Shown: one piece after another, positions 1 to 8,494 of the stretch
Layout: every line of letters starts with the position of its first letter
How positions within the stretch are numbered: position 1 is the first letter of the stretch
DNA from: Nonlabens ponticola
GTDB lineage: Bacteria > Bacteroidota > Bacteroidia > Flavobacteriales > Flavobacteriaceae
NCBI RefSeq assembly: GCF_003966335.1
Contig: NZ_CP034549.1
Coordinates: 720,001 to 752,000, forward strand
Direction of reading: 5' to 3'
Length of the DNA stretch: 32,000 nt
Made by a program: the position numbers and the translations under genes
The notes under the pieces: model-generated
Told to the model about the DNA's origin: nothing
The model's database searches: none
Seen by the model: the letters and a program-made list of their open reading frames with translations, nothing else

Positions 1-570
1 CACTACCATTAGGAAGGAAAAACGTGCCGCCTTTGTGCGATCATTACCCAATAATACAGATGTCGAGATGGTAGCACCACTACGAGAGATACCTGGCAAC
101 ATCGCAATTGCCTGAGCGATACCTATAAGAATAGCGTCTTTCCAACTAACTGCTTTACCAGTATTTTTTGCACGGCCAGCTAGAAAAAGTAATAATCCCG
201 TAACGATTAACATAAAACCTACTAGGATCACATTACCACCAAAAAGCTGTTCTAGCTCTTCCTCAAACAACAAGCCTACAAAAACTGCCGGAAACATGGA
301 AAGAACAATCTTTAGACAAAACTGCGTCTGCTCATTCCATTTAAATGAGAACAAACCAGCTAGCAATTCAATGATATCTTTTCTAAAAACGACAATAGTA
401 CTCAGCGCCGTTGCAAAATGAAGTACCACGGTAAACATCAGGCTTTCTTCTGGCACGCTGTTGTCGCCTAGAATAGCTTTTCCTAGCTCTAGATGACCAC
501 TGGAAGAAACAGGTAAAAACTCAGTAAGGCCTTGAATAACGCCTAAAATAATTGCGTCAAGAACCTCCAT
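1..570 (-). CDS. uppP: Undecaprenyl-diphosphate phosphatase (UppP/BacA), partial; the C-terminal part runs off the left edge
   Basis: Hand translation of the minus strand from the ATG at 570-568 gives MEVLDAIILGVIQGLTEFLPVSSSGHLELG. This is the conserved UppP N-terminal motif (QGxTEFLPVSSSGH). The frame stays open to position 1. It is not in the ORF track because it is open-ended. Confidence 0.85.
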   Translation of the reverse strand, partial: MEVLDAIILGVIQGLTEFLPVSSSGHLELGKAILGDNSVPEESLMFTVVLHFATALSTIVVFRKDIIELLAGLFSFKWNEQTQFCLKIVLSMFPAVFVGLLFEEELEQLFGGNVILVGFMLIVTGLLLFLAGRAKNTGKAVSWKDAILIGIAQAIAMLPGISRSGATISTSVLLGNDRTKAARFSFLMVV

Positions 571-855
571 TTATTTTTCTGGATCTAGGAGAATTGCATA
601 CACCTGAATGCCAAAACCAATTAGCACGAGCGCTGGCGCCAGCCTAATGCGTCGCCATGAGAAAATTTCTGGATTAAAAACGTTGGGATCGTCACTGCCG
701 CCACCAGCCATCAGGCCAAATCCTAGAGCAATCACGCCCAAACCTATCAACATCCAAATGTAATTTTTGCGCTTAAAAATAAATTCAAAACGCGGCTCTA
801 CATTTTGCTCTTGCTGCTTCACAGTTGCGTTACTAGAATGTTTTTTCTTACCCAT
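571..855 (-). CDS. Small membrane protein, DUF3098-like (two predicted TM helices)
   Basis: 94-aa ORF with a basic N-terminus and two hydrophobic helices. Its stop abuts the uppP start, and it lies between ftsX and uppP, as I recall for Bacteroidota. Confidence 0.7.
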   Translation of the reverse strand: MGKKKHSSNATVKQQEQNVEPRFEFIFKRKNYIWMLIGLGVIALGFGLMAGGGSDDPNVFNPEIFSWRRIRLAPALVLIGFGIQVYAILLDPEK

Positions 856-891
856 AGGTTGTGGTTGTGCAGTTAGCTTGGTAGTTTGTTA

Positions 892-905
892 GCTTTCGCG
901 AAAGC
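892..905. repeat. Perfect palindrome GCTTTCGCGAAAGC, copy 1 (intergenic ftsX/DUF3098; extended to 16 nt AGCTTTCGCGAAAGCT)
   Basis: Read directly at 891-906. A half-site, agcgaaag, follows at 911-918. Confidence 0.95.
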
Positions 906-995
906 TTAAAAAGCGAAAGTATTATCCTACAAATATATTGTAAAAATACGATTTCCTTTGATCTCTTTTCTCTTGCGTATTTTTCACAGGAGGAT

Positions 996-1889
996 TTAAT
1001 AGTACAATTGATCTGTTCTCAGATTCAAGTAACGCGTCGTTGCAAAGAATGTGCTGATCAAGCTTATCAAGATACCAAAAACCAGTACGCCCACAAATAG
1101 GATCGCCAGCATCTGGTAATTCTGTAAAATCTCTAATTCTGGTACATAGCCATCCATCCAGTACACCACGCCACCTAGTGCAATGAGTGCCAGCAGCGCA
1201 CCAAAAAAGCCTAGCCTTATGCTCGTCATAATAAATGGCTTGCGTATAAAACCTTTGGTCGCGCCCACCATTTGCATGGTCTTGATGGTGAATCTTTTGG
1301 CATAAATCGATAGCCTGATAGAGCTGTTGATAAGCAGGAATGCAATAAAAATAAACACACCACTCACGATCAACATCCAGAAGCTTATGCGTTTTACATT
1401 TTCATTCAATAGCGAGACGAGTGGCTTGTCATAGCTCACTTCTTGCACAAAATCCTTGGCAGCAAGGTCATCTGCGATTTGTTGTATTTGTGCGTCGTCA
1501 ACAAAACTTGCGTTCAATCGCACGTCGATGGAGTTGGGAATCGGATTAAAACCGTCCAGTTTTGCCACAAAGTCCTCGCCTAGATCATCCATGGTTTTTT
1601 GCGCACCTTCTTCTGCGCTTACAAACACGGCACTTTTAGTATAATCTGCCATTTGCAGTGATTTTTCCAGCTGTTGCATCTCGACATCCTTGGCACTGTC
1701 CTTAAAGTATATCGACATAGGCACCTGCTCACGGAAGTAATCTGCCAGCTTTTGGCTATTAAGCAAGAAAAAGCCTTGCAATCCCAGCATAAAAAGCACT
1801 AAAAAAACGCTGATCACCACCCAAAAATAGGAGCTGAACAATCGCCGTTTTTGATAGGAAGAATTAGACGCCATAAATCGCTGTTGCAA
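996..1889 (-). CDS. ftsX: Cell division protein FtsX-like permease
   Basis: 297-aa ORF with an N-terminal TM helix, a periplasmic domain and a C-terminal FtsX-type 3-TM bundle. Synteny with DUF3098 and uppP supports the call. The start may be the internal Met at 1874. Confidence 0.8.
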   Translation of the reverse strand: MQQRFMASNSSYQKRRLFSSYFWVVISVFLVLFMLGLQGFFLLNSQKLADYFREQVPMSIYFKDSAKDVEMQQLEKSLQMADYTKSAVFVSAEEGAQKTMDDLGEDFVAKLDGFNPIPNSIDVRLNASFVDDAQIQQIADDLAAKDFVQEVSYDKPLVSLLNENVKRISFWMLIVSGVFIFIAFLLINSSIRLSIYAKRFTIKTMQMVGATKGFIRKPFIMTSIRLGFFGALLALIALGGVVYWMDGYVPELEILQNYQMLAILFVGVLVFGILISLISTFFATTRYLNLRTDQLYY

Positions 1890-1999
1890 TGATTGATACC
1901 CGCAAAAATAACAAAGTTACCGCGCGGTCATGGATTACAACGCTATAAGTTTCTTACTTGTTGCAAACGGCCTATTTTTGCTAGCTAGAATAAGCAATT

Positions 2000-4900
2000 A
2001 TGTTACTGTACGACCACCAAAAGATTGAAGCAAAATGGCAGGAATACTGGGCCGCAAACCAGACGTTCAAAGCCACCAATCAATCTGGTAAGCCTAAATT
2101 CTATGCTCTAGATATGTTCCCATATCCTAGTGGTGCTGGGCTGCACGTGGGTCATCCATTGGGTTATATCGCCAGTGACATCGTGTCTCGATACAAGCGC
2201 CATACGGGTCACAACGTCCTGCATCCTATGGGTTATGATAGTTTTGGCTTGCCGGCAGAGCAGTACGCAATCCAAACAGGACAGCATCCAGCAATCACAA
2301 CCCGTGACAATATCGCGCGCTACCGTGAGCAAATGGATCGCATAGGTTTTAGTTTTGACTGGTCGCGTGAGGTAAAAACCAGTGATCCAGACTATTATAA
2401 ATACACGCAAGAGATTTTTATCATGCTTTTTGATAGCTGGTATGATAAGGATCAAGACCGTGCGCGTCCAGTGAGTGACTTGGTATCACGCTTTCGCGAA
2501 AGCGGAACAACCACCATCAACGCTGCAACAGAGGAAAACCTGAGAGATTTTACGGCTGCAGAATGGAATGCGTTTACCGATCAAGAACAACAAGAAATAT
2601 TATTAGACTACAGGCTTACTTACCTAGCAGATACTGAGGTTAATTGGTGTCCAGCACTAGGTACGGTACTCGCTAATGATGAGATCGTGAACGGCGTGAG
2701 TGAGCGTGGCGGCCATCCTGTGGTGCGCAAGAAAATGCGCCAGTGGATGATGCGCATCAGCGCCTATGCAGAGCGATTGCTCAACGACCTAGAAGACCTG
2801 GACTGGAGCGAGTCCATCAAAGAAATACAGCGCAATTGGATTGGGAAATCCATTGGTTCTATGGTAACCTTTAAGCTAGAGGAAAAGTATAACGATACTT
2901 TTCCCCTTTGGGGAAATGCAGCAGGCAATGGGGCCAAGATCGACGTTTTTACCACCAGACCAGATACCATCTATGGAGTTACGTTTATGACGCTAGCACC
3001 CGAACATGAGCTAGTGGATATGATCACCACACCAGAACAAAAAGAAGCGGTAGAAGCTTATAAAAAAGCCACTGCAGCCAGATCAGAGCGCGAGCGCATG
3101 GCAGATGTGAAAACCATTTCTGGTGTATTTACAGGTGCTTATGCTACGCATCCATTGAGCGGAGAAAAAATTCCTGTCTGGGTAGGCGATTATGTTTTGG
3201 CGGGTTATGGAACTGGCGCAGTAATGGCCGTTCCTTGTGGCGATGAGCGCGATCATGCTTTTGCTAATCATTTTGCAGGTCAAAAAGGCATGCCTGCTAT
3301 CAAAAACATTTTCAAGGATACCGACATAAGCGAGGAAGCTTATGCTGCCAAAGACGATACACCACTTACCAATAGCGACTTCCTTAATGAGATGAGCTAT
3401 GCCAGCGGCGCCATGGCTGCAGCGATTGAGAAATTAGAGCAAGTAGGCGCTGGCAAAGGAAAAACCAATTACCGTTTGCGCGATGCAGTCTTCTCGAGAC
3501 AGCGTTATTGGGGCGAGCCGTACCCAGTTTATTACAAGGATGGTTTACCGCAAATGATTGATCGTAAGCATTTGCCGTTAGAATTACCAGAGGTAGATGA
3601 ATACCTACCTACAGAAGATGGCGCACCGCCACTAGGTCGTGCGACGACCTGGAGCTGGTGTACCCAAGAAAATAAAGTCGTTTCTAACGATGACGATCGT
3701 GATTGTGTGTACCCGTTAGAATTGAATACTATGCCTGGATGGGCCGGTAGTTCTTGGTATATGTTTAGGTACATGGATGCCAACAATGAGAGCGAAATGT
3801 TCTCCAGGGAAGCTCAAGAATACTGGCAAAATGTCGATCTATACATCGGTGGTAGCGAGCACGCCACAGGTCACTTGCTGTACAGCCGTTTTTGGGTCAA
3901 GTTTCTACACGATCTAGAAAAAGTAACCGTCAACGAGCCATTCAAAAAGCTGATTAATCAAGGGATGATATTGGGTGAGAGTGCTTTTGTTCTAAAAACA
4001 AAAACATTCAATCTTTATCAACGTACGGAAGATATCAGTAACGAAGCACGAATAGTATACAGAGTAAAGAAAACAAATAAAATTTACAATCCTGACTCAT
4101 CTATTATTTATGCACGTCGCCTATTTCAACCAATTATTGATGGTATTTTCAGCATGAGTGATGCTAGATTTAATTATACTCAGCGTTTCTTGAGTCAATT
4201 GTTCGGTATTGAATATAATGATTCGCAGATTTTAGTACCAGATGAAGAGTCAAGCATACCAGTACATATTCCAGTTGAGTTAGTTAATTCAAATAATTAT
4301 GTTGATACTGAGAAGTATATACAAAACTCATTATATGAAAAAGGCAGTATTATTTTACTTGATGAAAAGAGACAGCTTAGAACTTTTCGCGAGGTAGAAA
4401 AAATGTCCAAGTCCAAATACAACGTCGTCAATCCAGACGATATCTGCGAGCAGTATGGCGCAGACACCTTGCGTTTGTACGAGATGTTTTTAGGTCCGCT
4501 GGAGCAGGCTAAACCATGGAACACGGCTGGTATTACAGGTGTTTATGGATTCATGAAAAAGCTATGGAAACTCTATCACAACAATGATGGATTCTATGTG
4601 AGCGATGAAAAAGCATCGCCTGATAGCATGAAAACGCTGCACAAAACCATCAAGAAAACTCGTGAAGATATTGAGAACTTCTCATTCAACACTAGCGTGA
4701 GCAGCTTTATGATTGCGGTCAATGAGCTCACGGCCCAGAAATGTCATCATAGAGAGGTGCTGGAACCACTAGCTATTCTGGTATCACCATACGCACCGCA
4801 CATAGCAGAGGAATTGTGGTCATTGTTGGGTCACGAGGAATCCATTAGTGAGGCGCCGTTCCCAGTATTTGAAGAAAAGTATCTGGTAGAAAGCAGCAAG

Positions 4901-5083
4901 ACCTATCCTATTTCGTTCAACGGTAAGATGAAATTTACGCTGGATTTACCAGTCGACATCTCAAAAGACGAGTTGGAAAAGCTCGTCCTAGAAAACGAAA
5001 AAGTTCAAGAACAACTGGCAGGCAAGACCATCCGCAAAACCATTATCGTCCCAGGTAAGATTGTAAATTTTGTGGTAGGATAA
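2000..5083 (+). CDS. leuS: Leucine--tRNA ligase (class I aaRS) with an expanded insertion before KMSKS
   Basis: 1027-aa ORF. It has the HIGH-type motif (PYPSGAGLHVGHPLGY), the editing-domain motif TTRPDTIYGVTFM and KMSKSKYN. Confidence 0.97.
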   Translation: MLLYDHQKIEAKWQEYWAANQTFKATNQSGKPKFYALDMFPYPSGAGLHVGHPLGYIASDIVSRYKRHTGHNVLHPMGYDSFGLPAEQYAIQTGQHPAITTRDNIARYREQMDRIGFSFDWSREVKTSDPDYYKYTQEIFIMLFDSWYDKDQDRARPVSDLVSRFRESGTTTINAATEENLRDFTAAEWNAFTDQEQQEILLDYRLTYLADTEVNWCPALGTVLANDEIVNGVSERGGHPVVRKKMRQWMMRISAYAERLLNDLEDLDWSESIKEIQRNWIGKSIGSMVTFKLEEKYNDTFPLWGNAAGNGAKIDVFTTRPDTIYGVTFMTLAPEHELVDMITTPEQKEAVEAYKKATAARSERERMADVKTISGVFTGAYATHPLSGEKIPVWVGDYVLAGYGTGAVMAVPCGDERDHAFANHFAGQKGMPAIKNIFKDTDISEEAYAAKDDTPLTNSDFLNEMSYASGAMAAAIEKLEQVGAGKGKTNYRLRDAVFSRQRYWGEPYPVYYKDGLPQMIDRKHLPLELPEVDEYLPTEDGAPPLGRATTWSWCTQENKVVSNDDDRDCVYPLELNTMPGWAGSSWYMFRYMDANNESEMFSREAQEYWQNVDLYIGGSEHATGHLLYSRFWVKFLHDLEKVTVNEPFKKLINQGMILGESAFVLKTKTFNLYQRTEDISNEARIVYRVKKTNKIYNPDSSIIYARRLFQPIIDGIFSMSDARFNYTQRFLSQLFGIEYNDSQILVPDEESSIPVHIPVELVNSNNYVDTEKYIQNSLYEKGSIILLDEKRQLRTFREVEKMSKSKYNVVNPDDICEQYGADTLRLYEMFLGPLEQAKPWNTAGITGVYGFMKKLWKLYHNNDGFYVSDEKASPDSMKTLHKTIKKTREDIENFSFNTSVSSFMIAVNELTAQKCHHREVLEPLAILVSPYAPHIAEELWSLLGHEESISEAPFPVFEEKYLVESSKTYPISFNGKMKFTLDLPVDISKDELEKLVLENEKVQEQLAGKTIRKTIIVPGKIVNFVVG
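2490..2503. repeat. Perfect palindrome GCTTTCGCGAAAGC, copy 2 (inside leuS, read as RFRES)
   Basis: Read directly; the codons are cgc ttt cgc gaa agc in the leuS frame. Confidence 0.95.
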
Positions 5084-5127
5084 TATAATGCTCCGTCGAG
5101 CATGACGCGATGATTAAAATCACCGAA

Positions 5128-5437
5128 ATGCCTGGTCGAGCGTAGTCGAGACCTTTTTTGAAAGAGAATGACTTTTGAACTTTGAGACAGCTCTCGATGC
5201 CGCTCGAGCAAGCATTGGAAAAAGCTTGGAACAGCAATATGCCTGGTCGAGCGTAGTCGAGACCTTTTTTGAAAGAGAATGACTTTTGAACTTTGAATAA
5301 GCTCTCGACGCAGCTCGAGCAAGCATTGAAAGAAGCTAAGAACAGCAATATGCCTGGTCGAGCGAAGTCGAGACCTTTCTTGGAAGATGATGACTTTTGA
5401 AGTTTGAAGCAGCTCTAGATACCACTCGAGCAAGCAA
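5128..5437. repeat. Three tandem copies (period 111 nt) of an 88-nt element with 26-nt imperfect terminal inverted repeats
   Basis: Units start at 5128, 5239 and 5350 with ATGCCTGGTCGAGCG(T/A)AGTCGAGACC. Each ends with GCTCT(C/A)GA..CTCGAGCAAGCA(T/A). The reverse complement of the right arm matches the left arm at 20 of 26 positions by hand alignment. A degenerate solo arm or hairpin (atgctccgtcgagcat) lies at 5088-5103. Confidence 0.9.
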
Positions 5438-5779
5438 ATGAAATATTATATGGTGAGAAACTACCAATTTTATGTTTACATCTTAGAATGCTCTGATGGA
5501 TTACTTTATACGGGCATGACAAATAATATCGATCGCAGATTGAAAGAGCATAATGCTGGAGTGAATCCATTTTCATTTACCTACAAGCGACGGCCAATAG
5601 CATTACTATTTCAGCAAGAATTTAATGATATTTTTCAGGCTTATCATTTTGAGGCAAGAATCAAGAAATGGAGTTCAAAGAAGAAGAGAGCTTTAGCAAA
5701 TGACGACTTTGATTTGATTAAAATTCTAGCAGAGTGTCGCAATCAAACTCATAGTAAGTTCTTCTCAAAACTGAATTGA
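5438..5779 (+). CDS. GIY-YIG (URI domain) nuclease superfamily protein, small stand-alone type
   Basis: 113-aa ORF carrying FYVYILECSDGLLYTGMTNNIDRRLKEHNAG, the GIY...YIG plus R..EH core of the family. The start may be the Met at 5450. The ORF begins immediately after repeat copy 3 and ends 6 nt before copy 4. Confidence 0.85.
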   Translation: MKYYMVRNYQFYVYILECSDGLLYTGMTNNIDRRLKEHNAGVNPFSFTYKRRPIALLFQQEFNDIFQAYHFEARIKKWSSKKKRALANDDFDLIKILAECRNQTHSKFFSKLN

Positions 5780-5785
5780 ACATCG

Positions 5786-5871
5786 ATGACTGGTCGAGCG
5801 TAGTCGAGACCTCTTCGAAGAGAAAATCTTCTGAACCTTGAAATAGCTCTCGATGCCGCTCGAGCAAGCAT
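5786..5871. repeat. Copy 4 of the inverted-repeat element
   Basis: The same arms are present (atgactggtcgagcgtagtcgagacc ... gctctcgatgccgctcgagcaagcat). Confidence 0.9.
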
Positions 5872-5954
5872 CGGAGAAGTGAAAATTAAAGGATGGCTGA
5901 TCTAAAAATTTAAACCAGTTCAATACGAATTTGACGAAATATTGAGATAGCAGC

Positions 5955-6042
5955 ATGCCTGGTCGAGCGTAGTCGAGACCTCTATTGGAAGAGAATGACT
6001 TTTGAACTTTAAGACAGCTCTCGACGCCGCTCGAGCAAGCAT
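5955..6042. repeat. Copy 5 of the inverted-repeat element
   Basis: atgcctggtcgagcgtagtcgagacc ... gctctcgacgccgctcgagcaagcat, with a spacer similar to copies 1-3. Confidence 0.9.
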
Positions 6043-6085
6043 TAGTAAACCAGAGTTTGAACACTCAGACAAACTCTATTTCAAT

Positions 6086-6796
6086 TTACTGCTTTACAAA
6101 TGTTGCGCTACTTCCAGTCACGTTTATGATAAACAGGCCTGTGTCTAGACTACTCACATCTACAGTTGAGTTATTGTCAAGTTTACCGTTAAGTAACAGC
6201 CTGCCTGCAATGTCATAAACGGAGTATTCATCTGAAGGATTTTTAGAACCAACCTTGAGAACGCTAGTAGTAGGATTAGGATACATTCCTATTAATGAAT
6301 TTGAATCGTTGATAGCTGCAGTAGCTGGCGCCGTGGCTCTGGTGTAACTAAAACCACCATTACCATTTCCTTGCGACCAGGAATTGAAGGTAACGTCAAT
6401 ATAAATATCTGCAGCGATCAAATGCATTACAAGTGATTGTCCAGGCGCACTACGAGGCCTGCCCACCGCACTTCTAAAATCGGTAAATGTGAAATCGGCA
6501 AAATCCACCGCGCTACCTACCGCCCATTCTGTGCCTGCTGGATTTGAGTTTTGCAAGGCACTAGTCTGCGAGACAGCATTATAAAGACCACCACCATTGC
6601 GTCCTCTTGTGATCGCCACATCGGTATTAATTTGATCTTGATTTGAGGGAATGTTGGGATCTGTGCCATCTGCTTTAGTGAAAGTCGTAAAACTTGCGTT
6701 CCACACGATTTGGGATTGTGCCAGTATGGAGAAGAACAACAGCGCGAGAAAGATGAGAGTGGTTTTCATAATAGGAATTTTAAGTTGTTGATTCAA
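6086..6796 (-). CDS. Secreted protein of unknown function with a T9SS (Por) C-terminal sorting domain
   Basis: It has a signal peptide (MKTTLIFLALLFFSILAQSQ; the likely true start is the Met at 6769). The C-terminal ~70 aa (YPNPTTSVLKV...YSVYDIAGRLL...LDTGLFIINV) fit the T9SS CTD pattern. Confidence 0.75.
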   Translation of the reverse strand: MNQQLKIPIMKTTLIFLALLFFSILAQSQIVWNASFTTFTKADGTDPNIPSNQDQINTDVAITRGRNGGGLYNAVSQTSALQNSNPAGTEWAVGSAVDFADFTFTDFRSAVGRPRSAPGQSLVMHLIAADIYIDVTFNSWSQGNGNGGFSYTRATAPATAAINDSNSLIGMYPNPTTSVLKVGSKNPSDEYSVYDIAGRLLLNGKLDNNSTVDVSSLDTGLFIINVTGSSATFVKQ

Positions 6797-6865
6797 AGGG
6801 CATTGTAAAGGTACTGGTTTTAGACTATCGAAAATTTTATATGGTAACCAGATTGGTTTGATTAC

Positions 6866-6879
6866 GCTTTCGCGAAAGC
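6866..6879. repeat. Perfect palindrome GCTTTCGCGAAAGC, copy 3 (intergenic, upstream of the heme O synthase gene)
   Basis: Read directly. Confidence 0.95.
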
Positions 6880-6901
6880 ATAATCACATTTAACATCCTG
6901 C

Positions 6902-7867
6902 TTGAAAGGCTATGAATTGCTTTGCTACAAAGTCGTTGTAGGGTATCTTTACAACCCGTTAAAAACGACACATTTGAGTGAAGTGCAAGCCATAGAAAAA
7001 TCTCCTGGAATACTGGCAAATTATGTGGAAATCACAAAGCCTAGGTTATCCATCGTGGTGGTTTTTTCATCGATCGCTGGATACTTTCTAGGTGCCGAAA
7101 ACTATAGCTGGATCACTATTTTACTCCTATGTATAGGTGGCTATTTTCTGGTAGGTTCTTCAAACGTTTTCAATCAAATCATCGAGCGCGATCGTGATGC
7201 ATTGATGAAGCGCACCATGAATCGGCCTATTCCTACGGGTAGAATTGCGGCGAATCATGCATGGATTTATGGTCTTGTCATGGCGCTGACTGGTGTGTAT
7301 CTATTATTCTTGATCAATGCTGCTACTGCATTTTTTGGTGCATTAAGTATTGTGTTGTACGCAGCAGTGTACACGCCATTAAAAACTAGAACTCCGTTAT
7401 GCGTGTTTGTTGGTGCCTTTCCTGGAGCGATTCCTTATATGTTGGGTTGGGTTGCGGCGAGTGGTGATTTTGGCATTGAGCCAGGCACATTATTTATGCT
7501 ACAGTTTTTCTGGCAGTTTCCGCATTTCTGGGCGATAGGATGGATGCTTGAGAACGACTATAAAGCTGGTGGTTTCAAGATGTTGCCCACTGGTGCGACA
7601 GATAGAGGAACGGCCATTCAAATTGTTCTTTACACGATCTGGACGATTATGGTGTCGTTGATACCAGCCTTTGGCGTAACGGGTGATTTATTCATGACGC
7701 CTTGGAGCGCGGCATTAATTTTATTGTTGGGGCTTTGGTTCTTGTACTATGCGATCAAATTATATAAAGAACGATCCAATGAGGTAGCGCGCAAATTGAT
7801 GCTGGTGAGTGTGAGTTATATAACGTTGATTCAAATCATCTACGTGGTAGATAAATTTTTAAGATAA
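6902..7867 (+). CDS. cyoE: Protoheme IX farnesyltransferase (heme O synthase)
   Basis: UbiA-family polytopic membrane protein with ITKPRLS, the Asp-rich NQIIERDRDALMKRT and PLKT motifs. The track start at 6902 is TTG. An in-frame TTG at 6974 would give a more typical ~297-aa product. Confidence 0.88.
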   Translation: MKGYELLCYKVVVGYLYNPLKTTHLSEVQAIEKSPGILANYVEITKPRLSIVVVFSSIAGYFLGAENYSWITILLLCIGGYFLVGSSNVFNQIIERDRDALMKRTMNRPIPTGRIAANHAWIYGLVMALTGVYLLFLINAATAFFGALSIVLYAAVYTPLKTRTPLCVFVGAFPGAIPYMLGWVAASGDFGIEPGTLFMLQFFWQFPHFWAIGWMLENDYKAGGFKMLPTGATDRGTAIQIVLYTIWTIMVSLIPAFGVTGDLFMTPWSAALILLLGLWFLYYAIKLYKERSNEVARKLMLVSVSYITLIQIIYVVDKFLR

Positions 7868-8457
7868 TGAGTGAGGTTGCAGATTTACCTATGAAACAGC
7901 GCATCGCGCGATCCAAAAAGCAAATGATGTGGTTTGCCATTGCAAGTCTGGTCATGATGTTTGCGGGTTTGACTAGTGCCTATGTAGTAAGTAGTGCCAG
8001 ACGTGACTGGGTTGATATAGATCTACCACAGGAATTTTATTACAGCACTGGTGTTATTTTATTAAGCAGCTTGACATTGTTTCTAGCAAAGCGCTTGATC
8101 CTTAAGGGTGATCGTGCGGCTGGAATGATTTTTACCGTGGTGACTTTTGTTCTGGGTACCACGTTTGTGGTAATGCAGTTTGCTGGATTTCAAAGCATTA
8201 TTGATATGGGTTATCGCTTTACTGGTGCAGCAAGTAATGTAAATGCATCCTTTATATACGTGATTGTTGCGGCTCACCTGGCGCACATCGTTGCTGGACT
8301 CATTGCGCTTCTTGTGATGACTGTTCAAACATTGAGAAGTAAATACACGCCTGATAATATTTTAGGATTTGAGCTAGGCTCCATGTTTTGGCACTTTGTA
8401 GACGTATTGTGGATATACTTGCTGCTATTTTTAGCCTTTGCGAAAGATATTTTTTAA
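7867..8457 (+). CDS. Heme-copper oxidase subunit III family protein (short paralog)
   Basis: 196-aa, 5-TM protein ending in the subunit III signature WHFVDVLWIYLLLFL. Its start overlaps the cyoE stop (ATAATG). Confidence 0.8.
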   Translation: MSEVADLPMKQRIARSKKQMMWFAIASLVMMFAGLTSAYVVSSARRDWVDIDLPQEFYYSTGVILLSSLTLFLAKRLILKGDRAAGMIFTVVTFVLGTTFVVMQFAGFQSIIDMGYRFTGAASNVNASFIYVIVAAHLAHIVAGLIALLVMTVQTLRSKYTPDNILGFELGSMFWHFVDVLWIYLLLFLAFAKDIF

Positions 8458-8494
8458 ACCTATTTTTGCCACTTATTACTACTAATTAAGAATT

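Noticed and set aside
1973-1980. TATTTTTG (-7 box match) 20 nt upstream of the leuS start
   Set aside because: It matches TAnnTTTG, but no TTTG sits at the expected -33 spacing; the nearest TTG elements are only 9-12 nt upstream. It is plausible but not supportable as a promoter call.
3977-4399. Intein or mobile intron in leuS
   Set aside because: No Cys/Ser at an N-extein junction, no terminal His-Asn, and no endonuclease motifs. The segment retains recognisable pieces of the normal lineage-specific LeuS insert, so it looks like an expanded loop or domain.
2108-4524. Antisense and out-of-frame ORFs within leuS (2108..2455 -, 2130..2345 +, 2764..2970 -, 3083..3283 -, 3532..3786 -, 4297..4524 -)
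   Set aside because: They are fully embedded in a confidently identified conserved gene, have no recognisable motifs, and their composition is typical of shadow ORFs. The same reasoning applies to the other short ORFs nested in ftsX, the oxidase genes, the ABC/efflux genes, tsaB, the PorP gene, the asmA-like gene and the DUF2797-like gene, for example 18408..18653 and 27958..28293.
5128-5437. Possible CRISPR array (regular 111-nt period)
   Set aside because: The whole 111-nt unit repeats, including the would-be spacer. The units have long internal inverted repeats, and there are no unique spacers and no cas genes in the window.
5005-6064. Minus-strand ORFs 5005..5433, 5043..5348, 5120..5326 and 5765..6064 from the ORF track
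   Set aside because: They lie entirely within the tandem inverted-repeat elements. Their peptides are internally repetitive translations of the repeat (e.g. SKVILFQKRSRLRSTRH repeated). Three of them overlap one another in different frames, and 5005..5433 also overlaps the leuS 3' end. I treat them as repeat artefacts, not genes.
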